DNA from: a virus
Taxonomy: Duplodnaviria > Heunggongvirae > Uroviricota > Caudoviricetes
DNA: 64,000 nucleotides
Reading direction: 5' to 3' (one strand)
Virus record (IMG/VR): IMGVR_UViG_3300031963_000024
Span: 69,753 to 133,752 of that record
Made by a program: the position numbers and the translations under genes
Shown here: positions 21,054-30,125 of the stretch, piece after piece
Numbering within the stretch: the stretch's first letter is position 1
Layout: each line of letters begins with the position of its first letter
The notes under the pieces: model-generated
The model's input: the letters and a program-made list of their open reading frames with translations, nothing else
What the model was told of the DNA's origin: nothing
The model's database searches: none

Positions 21054-21079
21054 AAGGGGTTTTAAGACCCCTTTTTTAA
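21054..21079. terminator. Bidirectional rho-independent terminator
   Basis: AAAAAAAAGGGGT-TTTAAG-ACCCCTTTTTT. A GC-rich stem is flanked by an A-run and a T-run at a convergent gene junction. Confidence 0.75.
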
Positions 21080-21949
21080 TGAATATAGAATTGTGTTAAC
21101 CCATTGTTTGGTTTTGTCACCTCCGAGTAATAAATAATTTAAATCATTGGTTTCTGACTCATTCAAAACATTTTTGTTTAATGATGCATGAAGTTCTGTG
21201 ACCATTTTTTCGGTAAATGGAACTCTGTTGTATAAATTTTTAATTACGGTCAAATTTTCGTTGATACCTTTTTTTTTCATCTCGTATAAAATTTTACCAG
21301 CCAATTTTGCTAAAGTAATTGGTGGTAAATAATTAACTGATTCCTTTGTTGTTTTGTAAGATGAGTAAACAGGTTTTTGTCCTTTACCTGTTTGTGTATC
21401 TGCTTTCTCAGCCTTTCTTTTTTTAGCACAAGCGGCTCTTTTTTGAAAATCACTCATACGTGCAGCAACACCTTTGGCCCTACATTTAGGATATGACTTT
21501 GGGTCTGCTTCGGCTCTTCCACAAGGTGGATGTCCACCACCTTCTTTTTTTCTACAAATATTGACCCAAGGACCTGCGGGTTGTTTAGAACCCTTAGGTT
21601 TTTTCTTAGTACCAAACCAAACCGCTAAATCCTCATTGACAACAGGAACACTATTGACTTCAGTGTTATGTGTACCACCAACATTTTTTTTTAATTCAAC
21701 AATATTTTTTTTGATTATATTTGTTATTTTTTTTTGTTTTTTTTCTTTATCAGTTTGGTCAGAAGGATTTTCAGTAAACGGACCTAATTCTGAATTATTC
21801 CATTTTTTTTCACCAAATACAAGAACTTTATTATAAACACCAGTACCTACTGAAGTTGACGAACTTTCATCAATTGATAAACTATTTTTAGACAAAGACA
21901 TAAAATATTCATTAAGAATATTTTTGATTAGTGCTTTATTGTTGTTCAT
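21062..21949 (-). CDS. Hypothetical basic, Cys-containing protein
   Basis: 295-aa ORF with a K/R-rich centre containing CRKKEGGGHPPCGR...KCRAKG. It has a locally GC-richer core. Confidence 0.4.
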   Translation of the reverse strand: MNNNKALIKNILNEYFMSLSKNSLSIDESSSTSVGTGVYNKVLVFGEKKWNNSELGPFTENPSDQTDKEKKQKKITNIIKKNIVELKKNVGGTHNTEVNSVPVVNEDLAVWFGTKKKPKGSKQPAGPWVNICRKKEGGGHPPCGRAEADPKSYPKCRAKGVAARMSDFQKRAACAKKRKAEKADTQTGKGQKPVYSSYKTTKESVNYLPPITLAKLAGKILYEMKKKGINENLTVIKNLYNRVPFTEKMVTELHASLNKNVLNESETNDLNYLLLGGDKTKQWVNTILYSLKKGS

Positions 21950-21982
21950 TTTTTTACGATTATTATATATAAATATCTTACT

Positions 21983-22204
21983 ATGATTAATAATAACACA
22001 AAACTATTCGATTTTTTACAATATAACTCAAATGACGAGCTTGAAAAAATAATTAATTCTATTGAAAAGGAGCAATCTTTATTTTATTTAATACAATCAG
22101 TAAAATCTGCGTATAAACGAGGTTGTTTTACATTAGAAGAATCTGAAATTATTTCAAAATCATTACGTGTTTTAAGTACACCCGATAAAAAAGATGAAGC
22201 ATAA
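21983..22204 (+). CDS. Hypothetical small protein
   Basis: 73-aa ORF flanked by two terminators. TATAAATA lies about 8 nt upstream of its ATG. Confidence 0.35.
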   Translation: MINNNTKLFDFLQYNSNDELEKIINSIEKEQSLFYLIQSVKSAYKRGCFTLEESEIISKSLRVLSTPDKKDEA

Positions 22205-22232
22205 AAAAAGGGACAATTTCTTGTCCCTTTTT
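22204..22232. terminator. Bidirectional rho-independent terminator
   Basis: AAAAAAGGGACAA-TTTC-TTGTCCCTTTTTT. Confidence 0.75.
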
Positions 22233-22250
22233 TATTTCATTTAGAAAAGA

Positions 22251-24047
22251 TTATCTCAATTCTCTTAAGTCAAATGTTCTAACACCATCAACTGTGATTT
22301 TACCGTAGAAACGGTTGTTCACCATCTTCTTAGCGTATCTTGTCATGATACCTTTGATAGGTGTGAAGTTGAATGGGTTATACATTGTTGGAGTCAATTG
22401 TAATGGTACGTATGGTGCGTACACATAACCTGTGTCTAACAATGAGTTACCTTTGTGACCCAACAATACTGTGTTTGGTGGGAAATAAGGGTCTCTGTAA
22501 ACTTGGTATCTACCAGCCAAAGTACCAACTCTTTCAATACCCATGTTGTATTGGTCTTGCTCAGGAGCTGCGTTTGATACGTGGAAGTATTCCAAATCAT
22601 CAAAGATTGCACTGATTTCTGAAGAAACAACAATCCAGTTAGCTCCACCTCTCAATGTTGATTTGTGGATTTGAGCTGAAAGTTGGTTGATTGCTGTAAT
22701 CAATGTTTGGTTCCAATCTTTTTGTGTGTATTGTGTTAATGGATTTGAAGCAGTTCCTCTCTTCCAACCGTTGTAATCCCATCTCAAAGTCCATGCTGCA
22801 CCTTTTCTCAAATCTCTCAAGATTTCTCTATCAATTTCTGCCGCAACTTGCTCAGACAATAAAGCTGTTAATTCAGCTTCAGCGTCAATGTTGTGGAATG
22901 CTGCAACGTCTTGTGCTAATTCAGGAGACCATTGTGCTCTCAATTTTCTTTCAGTTACAGAAACTGTTACTGATTCCAAATCAAAAGAAACTTCACCGAT
23001 TTCATCTTCAAATTCTAAGTTTTGATAAACTCTATATGTACATTTGAATGCTTGATTATATGCGGTTGTTACAGATGTTGTAACACCTGAGTAACCATCT
23101 AAAGAATCAGCACCGATTGAACAAGGAACTTGAGTATCCACCTCTAAGTAAATAATACCAAGAGCATCACAGATATTGTCATAAGAACCTCCATTACCTG
23201 TACTTGGGAATGATGTTGTTGCTTGTGAACCATATTGTACAATACCTTTACCGTATTTTTGAGTTACAACTCTAAATAATTGGTTACCAGACAATCCTGA
23301 AAAACCATTTGAAGTAGCATCTGTAATTGGTGTTACAGATAAGCTAGACAAAAACTCTTCAGAATCCATTTCGTTACCGTTAGGACCAATTAATTTACCA
23401 GCACCAGCTGTGTTAAATCCTGATAAAGCAATAATAACTTTTCTGTATTCACCAGCACTGTAACCACTTTGGATTAATTCTGAACCACTCCAAACTTGTG
23501 TAGACGCTGTGTATGTTTCAGCACTAAACTTACCTTTAGAATAGTCAAATAACCCTGGAGGGTCTAATGATGCTTCGTTACCTTCGTAGAATCTGTCATA
23601 CAAATTCTTATCGTTTGCGCCATAACCAGCATTTGTTGATGATGGTCCATTAGGTGCTCCAAAAGGTGCGAAGTGTGTACCACCTTCAGTTGGGTCTTGA
23701 CCCATGTCATAACCCTGAATTTTAGGTACGAAGTAGAACAATTTACCGATAGGTAAGTTCATAGCTTGTACAGATACGATGTCGTTAGCCAACAATTTAG
23801 AGAAAACTCTTCTTACGATTGGAAATACAACCGTTTCGAAAGAACCGTCTGATGCTGTGCTAGCAGCTTCGTTAATTAAGTGAGATGCTTGGTTTTCATA
23901 AAGTTGAGCGATGTTTTCTTTAACATGTCCTCTCAAACCTTCCAAGAATCCTAATTTGTCCCATTTGTTAATAGTATCTTCTTTGATAACTTTAAGGTGC
24001 TTAAGACCGATGTTACCAACAAGACCTGATTCTAATAATGCTCCCAT
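22251..24047 (-). CDS. Major capsid protein, T4 gp23-like
   Basis: N-terminus LLESGLVGN...AQLYENQA...VVFPIVRRVFSKLLANDIVSVQAMNLPIGKLFYF matches the conserved gp23-family block. The gene uses host-like high-expression codons (tac, aac, ttc, atc, cgt). Confidence 0.85.
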   Translation of the reverse strand: MGALLESGLVGNIGLKHLKVIKEDTINKWDKLGFLEGLRGHVKENIAQLYENQASHLINEAASTASDGSFETVVFPIVRRVFSKLLANDIVSVQAMNLPIGKLFYFVPKIQGYDMGQDPTEGGTHFAPFGAPNGPSSTNAGYGANDKNLYDRFYEGNEASLDPPGLFDYSKGKFSAETYTASTQVWSGSELIQSGYSAGEYRKVIIALSGFNTAGAGKLIGPNGNEMDSEEFLSSLSVTPITDATSNGFSGLSGNQLFRVVTQKYGKGIVQYGSQATTSFPSTGNGGSYDNICDALGIIYLEVDTQVPCSIGADSLDGYSGVTTSVTTAYNQAFKCTYRVYQNLEFEDEIGEVSFDLESVTVSVTERKLRAQWSPELAQDVAAFHNIDAEAELTALLSEQVAAEIDREILRDLRKGAAWTLRWDYNGWKRGTASNPLTQYTQKDWNQTLITAINQLSAQIHKSTLRGGANWIVVSSEISAIFDDLEYFHVSNAAPEQDQYNMGIERVGTLAGRYQVYRDPYFPPNTVLLGHKGNSLLDTGYVYAPYVPLQLTPTMYNPFNFTPIKGIMTRYAKKMVNNRFYGKITVDGVRTFDLRELR

Positions 24048-24082
24048 TTTTTAAAATATTTAGTTTGTTTTTAGTTTATTTT

Positions 24083-25366
24083 TTATTTATTCATTTTTGA
24101 CATAAGGTCCTTCATTCTTAAGAACTGTGGATTTTCATATGTCTTACTTTCAACCAAATTAGTTGAACCTTTTGATGGTGTTCTATCAATGTTTTCAACG
24201 ATAGATTCTTTAACCATTGGTTTTTCAACTGAACCCAATTCCTCTTTAATAGTTTGATAAAGATTTTTAGATTCTTTGATTGTTTCGACGTTGTCAAAAC
24301 GTCTCATGATATTTATTTTTTCTGATTTTGTAGTTGTATGTTCAGTAAACAATCTTGTAGCGTAAGCTAAGTTAGAATTGAAAACAGCAACTTCATTTAA
24401 TTTTTCTCTGAAAATATTTAATGCTTTTCTGTACTCTTCATTTTTAGCTCTCAACTTTTCAACTTCTTCTTGTAAAGCGTCATTTGTAATAACTTTCATT
24501 TTTGGAAGACCTTTTCTTTTTGGAAAATTTCTACTTCCATTTCCGTAAGTTCTAGCAGCTTCTTTTGTTTCAGTTTCTTTTTCTTCAACATCATGTTCAC
24601 CTTCCTTAAATTCAAATTTCTTAGGACCTTTAAAGTTTTCTTTGTGTTGTGACATGTTAGATTTGAAACCTTGCATGTTTACTTTACCTGAAGATTTTTC
24701 TGATTTAACTTTTCCCATACCCATACCTTTTGGTTTAACCATCATACTAGATTCCGTTACTGTAGAGTCATCTTCATCAACATTATCATCTTCACCTAAT
24801 TCAATTTCGTAAACAATTTCTTCGTCGTATGATTCATTAGTATCATTAGAGTTGTAATAATCTGACTCTTCTAATGATTCCATCATGTCATCGTCTTGGA
24901 AAGTAATTTTGTCTACATCTAAATCTTCACCAGTTTTCTTAATGATAACTCCGTCATTATCGCCCATACCGTTAAGTACTGCCATAATTTCTTCCATAGA
25001 TGCTCCCGTCATGTCTAACGGTTCTAGTTCATCATCATCATCTTCCAATCCCATGTCATCCATGTCATCCATGTCATCCATTTTCATAGAATCTGAATCA
25101 TCGGACATCATATCATCACCCATCATAGGTGTCTTCATGTCCATAGCCATCAATGAATCTTCTTCTTCATCTTCAGTAACATCTTCGTTACTATAAGACT
25201 CATCTACAGCATAAGTGTCAGCCTCTTCAAGAGACTCTTTTACTAACTCTTCGATTTCTTCCTTCATTGTAGAAGCAAGTATTCCTTTTGCGTTTTCGGT
25301 AACAACTTGTTCCAAATTTTTCATTTGTAACAACGCTTCCTCAACTAATGATTTTTTTTCGCTCAT
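24083..25366 (-). CDS. Prohead scaffold/core protein (gp22-like by position), highly acidic
   Basis: Lies immediately upstream of the capsid gene. Extremely D/E-rich, with DDMDDMDDM repeats and coiled-coil segments. Confidence 0.45.
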   Translation of the reverse strand: MSEKKSLVEEALLQMKNLEQVVTENAKGILASTMKEEIEELVKESLEEADTYAVDESYSNEDVTEDEEEDSLMAMDMKTPMMGDDMMSDDSDSMKMDDMDDMDDMGLEDDDDELEPLDMTGASMEEIMAVLNGMGDNDGVIIKKTGEDLDVDKITFQDDDMMESLEESDYYNSNDTNESYDEEIVYEIELGEDDNVDEDDSTVTESSMMVKPKGMGMGKVKSEKSSGKVNMQGFKSNMSQHKENFKGPKKFEFKEGEHDVEEKETETKEAARTYGNGSRNFPKRKGLPKMKVITNDALQEEVEKLRAKNEEYRKALNIFREKLNEVAVFNSNLAYATRLFTEHTTTKSEKINIMRRFDNVETIKESKNLYQTIKEELGSVEKPMVKESIVENIDRTPSKGSTNLVESKTYENPQFLRMKDLMSKMNK

Positions 25367-25447
25367 TTTTTGTGTAATAAAATAGTTTTTATTTACACTA
25401 TAAATATGCCCCTAATCAAAAAAATCTTAAATGGTGATATAATAAAA

Positions 25448-25474
25448 TAAAAAAAACCCGATTTCTCGGGTTTT
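25448..25474 (-). terminator. Rho-independent terminator (minus strand)
   Basis: AAAAAAAACCCGA-TTTC-TCGGGTTTT. The T-run follows the stem on the minus strand. Confidence 0.6.
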
Positions 25475-25477
25475 AAA

Positions 25478-25687
25478 TTATTCAAAAACTTCATCGATTT
25501 TACTTTCACTGACTGCCGTTATTCGCCAATCATGTTGAAATCCTTTGAATTTTTCGGTTACTTTAGCTTCAACATCTGTTACGCTGTAACCTTTAACTAA
25601 TTTTTCTTCTCTAACTTTTTTGATTTTTCCTGTGTTTTCATCAATCAAGTCGTACTGAATTTTTGCTACAAAATATTTTTCGTCCAT
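25478..25687 (-). CDS. Hypothetical small protein (head-module)
   Basis: 69-aa ORF between the protease and scaffold genes. Confidence 0.4.
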   Translation of the reverse strand: MDEKYFVAKIQYDLIDENTGKIKKVREEKLVKGYSVTDVEAKVTEKFKGFQHDWRITAVSESKIDEVFE

Positions 25688-25697
25688 AATAATAATT

Positions 25698-26420
25698 TTA
25701 TCTATATCCCAAAAAATCGTTCAATTTTCCCATTAAGTCAAGCGATTTACCTAAACCACCATCAATTCTTCCATCTTCTTTTGATTTTTTTTCTTCTTCA
25801 AGATTTTCATCGTATTTGTGACGGTCATCCTTATTAAGGAATAGATAAGCGCCGGGTGTAGATGGATTCATAACCAAGTCAAAACAAATCATTTCATAAT
25901 CATTTTGAACTTCATTGTGTTCTCCCTTTTTAGCTAAAGAACCTACACCACGTGAAGATACCCCCATCGTAACACCTTGTCTCATTAAGTTTGCCGCTAC
26001 ATCACCCTTAGATGATACAATACCTCTTTCATGGAAACCTGGTGTTGTTAATAACCTTAGTTTACCCATAAGAACGTTATCATCCCACCATATATCATCA
26101 ATAATGTGTGATACTCTGTCTAAATCAATCAAAGATGATTCAGGGTGATTAAGTTCTGATGTTGCCAAACCTTTAGATATTGTTTGTTTATATTTTTCAG
26201 CTTCTCTTTTAAGAATATTTTCAGGATATACACGACCATTTCTATTAGGTGTACCATACTTTTGTAGAGTTGCGTAAAATACAAATGGTTTAGAGTGGTC
26301 TAATTGTGATTTTTGTTCATTAACTAAATCAGTATCTACGGCATTTTTCATAGATATATGACCTGCATCATATTCTATCAATATTCCTTTACCTATTTCA
26401 TTCGGTTTAAGTATCTTCAT
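25698..26420 (-). CDS. Prohead core serine protease, T4 gp21-like (peptidase S77)
   Basis: The segments SELNHPES (catalytic His) and GVSSRGVGSL (catalytic Ser) resemble the gp21 family. Its position upstream of scaffold and capsid matches T4 synteny. Confidence 0.6.
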   Translation of the reverse strand: MKILKPNEIGKGILIEYDAGHISMKNAVDTDLVNEQKSQLDHSKPFVFYATLQKYGTPNRNGRVYPENILKREAEKYKQTISKGLATSELNHPESSLIDLDRVSHIIDDIWWDDNVLMGKLRLLTTPGFHERGIVSSKGDVAANLMRQGVTMGVSSRGVGSLAKKGEHNEVQNDYEMICFDLVMNPSTPGAYLFLNKDDRHKYDENLEEEKKSKEDGRIDGGLGKSLDLMGKLNDFLGYR

Positions 26421-26443
26421 ATTAAAATATTTATCAATAAATA

Positions 26444-26902
26444 TTAGAATATCTCAAAGTTTTTGTTTTTCAACTTGTTTTTAGAATATTGAATGGTAAA
26501 ATACTTTGATTTCTTTAAAACATTGTCGTGAACTTCTTTTAATACGTGATTTAATTCTGTTGATATATTTTCAGATTTGAACTCAATATTTTCTTTTGTA
26601 AAGAATGTAATTTCAAGATTTAAAAAACTTGCTTTATCTACTTTTATCCCACTTGTTCTTAAATCTAAATCAACAATAAAATGTTCTTTGAATAATGATT
26701 TATTGTAAACTTCTAAAACTTTATGTTTAATAGTTCGAGATATTGTCCCAACTACTCTTTCCCAATTATCCCTTTCTTGTGTGGGTGTTACCCATGTTTG
26801 TAATACTAAATAAATTGATTTTAATTCTGTCGCATCTACACTACCGTAATAGCACTTAGCATCTTGGAATAAATCCAATTTTGATGTTTTTCCTTTTTTC
26901 AT
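26444..26902 (-). CDS. Hypothetical protein (head-module)
   Basis: 152-aa ORF. Confidence 0.4.
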   Translation of the reverse strand: MKKGKTSKLDLFQDAKCYYGSVDATELKSIYLVLQTWVTPTQERDNWERVVGTISRTIKHKVLEVYNKSLFKEHFIVDLDLRTSGIKVDKASFLNLEITFFTKENIEFKSENISTELNHVLKEVHDNVLKKSKYFTIQYSKNKLKNKNFEIF

Positions 26903-27014
26903 TCTTTTTCATTTGTGAAATGTTTATTTGTTGTAGTGAAAAGATAATAAAAAAAAACTTATTAACAAATTTAATTTTATTTGTATATTTATATCAATAA
27001 CACACATTTTTTAT

Positions 27015-27209
27015 ATGATAAAAATAATTTTAGAAAAAGGTGAAAGTTTGGAAAAAGCTTTAAAACGTTACAAACACAAAGTTATCAAAACAAAACAAAT
27101 TGAACAACTTCGTGCAAAACAAGAGTATGTTAAAAAAACAACTTTGAAAAGGGAACAAATAAAAAAAGCAATATACAAACAACAAATCGCCCAAAGTAAC
27201 TTTGACTAA
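27015..27209 (+). CDS. rpsU: Ribosomal protein S21 homolog
   Basis: 64-aa basic protein. IKIILEKGESLEKALKRYKHKVIKTKQIEQLRAKQEYVKKTTLKREQIKKA follows the bS21 pattern (V.V....esie.ALrRFKr..ek.G.l.e.rrR.fYeKPt..rKr...a). Confidence 0.65.
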   Translation: MIKIILEKGESLEKALKRYKHKVIKTKQIEQLRAKQEYVKKTTLKREQIKKAIYKQQIAQSNFD

Positions 27210-27215
27210 TATTTA

Positions 27216-27476
27216 TTGGTAACAAATACCAAGAATATGAAAAACTTTATTATGAATTTACTAGGAAACGGTTCTGACGTTTCATCAAAAAGATTCGCAT
27301 CTTTATTCACTTTATTAAACGTAATTATCTTAGCTTATGTTGCAACATTTACATCTAAAGATGGTGTAACACCTGAGTATATGTTTGATGCACTTTGTTT
27401 AATTGCTGGTGGTGGATTGGGTCTTACAGTTGTTGAGAAGATTTTCTCAAAAGGTTCAGACAAAAAAGCTGAATAA
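27216..27476 (+). CDS. Hypothetical small membrane protein
   Basis: Two predicted TM helices. Followed by a terminator. Confidence 0.4.
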   Translation: MVTNTKNMKNFIMNLLGNGSDVSSKRFASLFTLLNVIILAYVATFTSKDGVTPEYMFDALCLIAGGGLGLTVVEKIFSKGSDKKAE

Positions 27477-27477
27477 C

Positions 27478-27505
27478 AAAAAACCCCTCTTTTGAGGGGT
27501 TTTTA
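27478..27505. terminator. Rho-independent terminator
   Basis: AAAAACCCCTC-TTTT-GAGGGGTTTTT. Confidence 0.75.
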
Positions 27506-27507
27506 TT

Positions 27508-28233
27508 TTAAAGTCCTTCTGACAACTTTTTAAGTTTGTAATATGATAAGGAATCAATCGGTGTTGATTCTATTCTTACCTTTGTTTCATTTAATTTTTT
27601 GTTGGTATCATCATCACTTTCGTTAATACTTGAAAGTTTTCCAAGAACCTCAGTTTTCAATCTTTCAATACCTTCACTCAATTCTTCTTGTGACATTCTT
27701 AAGATTGATTTTAATTCAAACAATTCAGATTCACTTAATTGTGAATATTCTTTTGCGAATGTGTCAGCTGCCACACCAAACATAGATTCTAATGGAATGT
27801 TAACTGATTCTGTGATTGTTGATTCTTCTTTTGTTTCTGACATTAACTTCCACATTTGTTTTCTTGATTCAACCAATTTAGTAAAATCATCGGCGGTTTT
27901 TGCATAAACCATGTTATCTAATAACTCATATTGATTATCAATACTTTCTCCTAAAGTTTCAACCCAGCTGTCGAACTGTTCAAATTCACGTTTGTTACTG
28001 TTAATTGTATTTTTTATGAAATCAACTGAAAGTCCCAAAAATTCTTTCGCAACTTCTTCGTTCAATCCTTTGGTTTTCATTAAGGAACCGTATTCAACAT
28101 ATAGTTCACCAACGGATTTGTTGTCCTTAATAAAATCTCTAAATTCTTTTATAATTTGTTTAAAATCTTCAGTTTTGTATGTTTTAACTAAAGCATTTTC
28201 AACAATACTTTTTAATAATCCAAAATTTCTCAT
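27508..28233 (-). CDS. Hypothetical protein
   Basis: 241-aa ORF. Confidence 0.4.
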   Translation of the reverse strand: MRNFGLLKSIVENALVKTYKTEDFKQIIKEFRDFIKDNKSVGELYVEYGSLMKTKGLNEEVAKEFLGLSVDFIKNTINSNKREFEQFDSWVETLGESIDNQYELLDNMVYAKTADDFTKLVESRKQMWKLMSETKEESTITESVNIPLESMFGVAADTFAKEYSQLSESELFELKSILRMSQEELSEGIERLKTEVLGKLSSINESDDDTNKKLNETKVRIESTPIDSLSYYKLKKLSEGL

Positions 28234-28246
28234 ATCAATAAATATC

Positions 28247-30088
28247 TTAAGTATTTAATAATTCGTTTAATTTGGTTTCAATTTCATTAATTGATGTTCT
28301 ACCTTTAGATAAATCAATTTCATCTCTACCACTAATTAAATCATCTTCCAAAATTAAATTTAAATCGTTCATTTTACTTTCAGGTGTTACTTCACCTCCA
28401 GCCGGTGGTTCAGGGGATTCAGGAATATCAGGTGCTCCACCCATATCTTCAGGTCCTCCACCTATTCCACCTAAACTACCCATATCACCACTTGGTGGTG
28501 CTCCACCCATATCGTCACCCTCAGCAGGTGGCGTGGCTGTTTCACCGGGTTTCTTACCATACAATCTATCAATATTATCAAAAATACCTGTATGAATAAT
28601 TACCTCAGGAGTTTTTTGTAATTCAGCCCCAACTGCTTTTTCAATTCTTTGTTGTTGGATATCCAATTTAATTTCCTCATCAGAGAATCCAAGAATGTGT
28701 TTTTTTGCCCATGTTGTTGATACCGCTTGGATACCGTTACCTGGGTCAGAAACCGCATCTTTATAAAGAAGTATTTTTTCTTTCCAATTCTCAATCTTTA
28801 ATAAATCAGCTTGAGTTGATGGGTTAGTTAATCCTAATGTGAAGTTTGTTAATTCATCTTCAAAACCAAGAATAAACAAGTGAATAATTGCAATCTTATT
28901 TAATTCCTGAATCATTGATTTTTGAATTCTATTAATTGTTCTCGCAAAACGAATATCTTGTAATGCCAAGTTCTTACCATCACCAACAACTTCTTCAAAA
29001 CCTAAGAACGCTTTTGGTACACGAAGAGCGGTTAATAATTTCTTTTGGATATATTCAATATCGGCAATTTCAGAAAGGTTCTGTGCTCCCGCCAATGTTT
29101 CAATAGGACTTGTTTGTGCTGGGTCACGAACAGGAATGAAATAATCTTGGTCAACCGCCATTTGGTTCATTCTTAAGTCAACGTTACCTGTTTTTGAGTC
29201 AACAACTTGGTCTCTCTTAAACTTATTAGCAATTCTTTGAATGTATGGTTCAACGTCCTTATCATCCATGTTACCAACATAAACTTTGAATACACGTCTT
29301 TCAGGTGCTCTTGATGTTCTATACACCAACATTGCATCTTCTGATAATAACAACTGTTTCCAAGTACGTCTTGCTTTTTCCAACATAGCAGTACCATAAG
29401 GAAGTTTTCTATCATCACCTAACAAACGGAAGTGTGCGACCTCCCAAGTATTCATTTCCATATCTTTTACTTTCCATACGAATTTCAAAGATTTTGCATC
29501 CTCAGTTGTATTATGTGATGGTTTGATTTTCATACCACGTTCCAAACGTTCAATTTCAATGTTTGGAAGTTGTTGACAACCCATAATACCTTTTTCAGAA
29601 TCCAATTTTAAGTAAACAAAGTTATCACCATACTTACAAGTGTTTCTTGTCCACATTGGTAAGTTGGTGTTAATATCCAATCTGTTATTAAATAAATCCG
29701 CTAATATTCCCTTAATTCTATTTGATTCTGAATATATTTGTAGGATATATCCATCTTCATTTGTTGTTGTTGATTCCTCAGCGTAGATATCAAGTGCTGC
29801 GGAAATTTCAGGGGTATACTCCATTGACTCATAATCATAGTATGATGCCAATCTTGTTGGTTCGTAATAAATTGCCTGAGAATATAAATTATTTTCTACT
29901 TTACCCCATTGTTGACCAAGATACATTGTCTGTTGAGCTTGGAGTTTTTCCTTCTCAAATTCTTGCTTATCTGTGGTTTTTAATAATTCCTTCTTATCAA
30001 ATTTATAAACTGGAGGCTGTTGACCCAAAGTTGAGTCGGGACCAAAGACTTTGGTAAGTCGTTGCCATATGGTGAAATTGTCTGCCAT
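28247..30088 (-). CDS. Putative portal protein (gp20-like by synteny) with Gly/Pro-rich C-terminal tail
   Basis: 613-aa ORF immediately downstream of the large terminase and upstream of the head-maturation genes. No motif verified. Confidence 0.45.
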   Translation of the reverse strand: MADNFTIWQRLTKVFGPDSTLGQQPPVYKFDKKELLKTTDKQEFEKEKLQAQQTMYLGQQWGKVENNLYSQAIYYEPTRLASYYDYESMEYTPEISAALDIYAEESTTTNEDGYILQIYSESNRIKGILADLFNNRLDINTNLPMWTRNTCKYGDNFVYLKLDSEKGIMGCQQLPNIEIERLERGMKIKPSHNTTEDAKSLKFVWKVKDMEMNTWEVAHFRLLGDDRKLPYGTAMLEKARRTWKQLLLSEDAMLVYRTSRAPERRVFKVYVGNMDDKDVEPYIQRIANKFKRDQVVDSKTGNVDLRMNQMAVDQDYFIPVRDPAQTSPIETLAGAQNLSEIADIEYIQKKLLTALRVPKAFLGFEEVVGDGKNLALQDIRFARTINRIQKSMIQELNKIAIIHLFILGFEDELTNFTLGLTNPSTQADLLKIENWKEKILLYKDAVSDPGNGIQAVSTTWAKKHILGFSDEEIKLDIQQQRIEKAVGAELQKTPEVIIHTGIFDNIDRLYGKKPGETATPPAEGDDMGGAPPSGDMGSLGGIGGGPEDMGGAPDIPESPEPPAGGEVTPESKMNDLNLILEDDLISGRDEIDLSKGRTSINEIETKLNELLNT

Positions 30089-30125
30089 CCCTCTAAATAT
30101 AGTATCTTTTTTTTATGAATAAACT

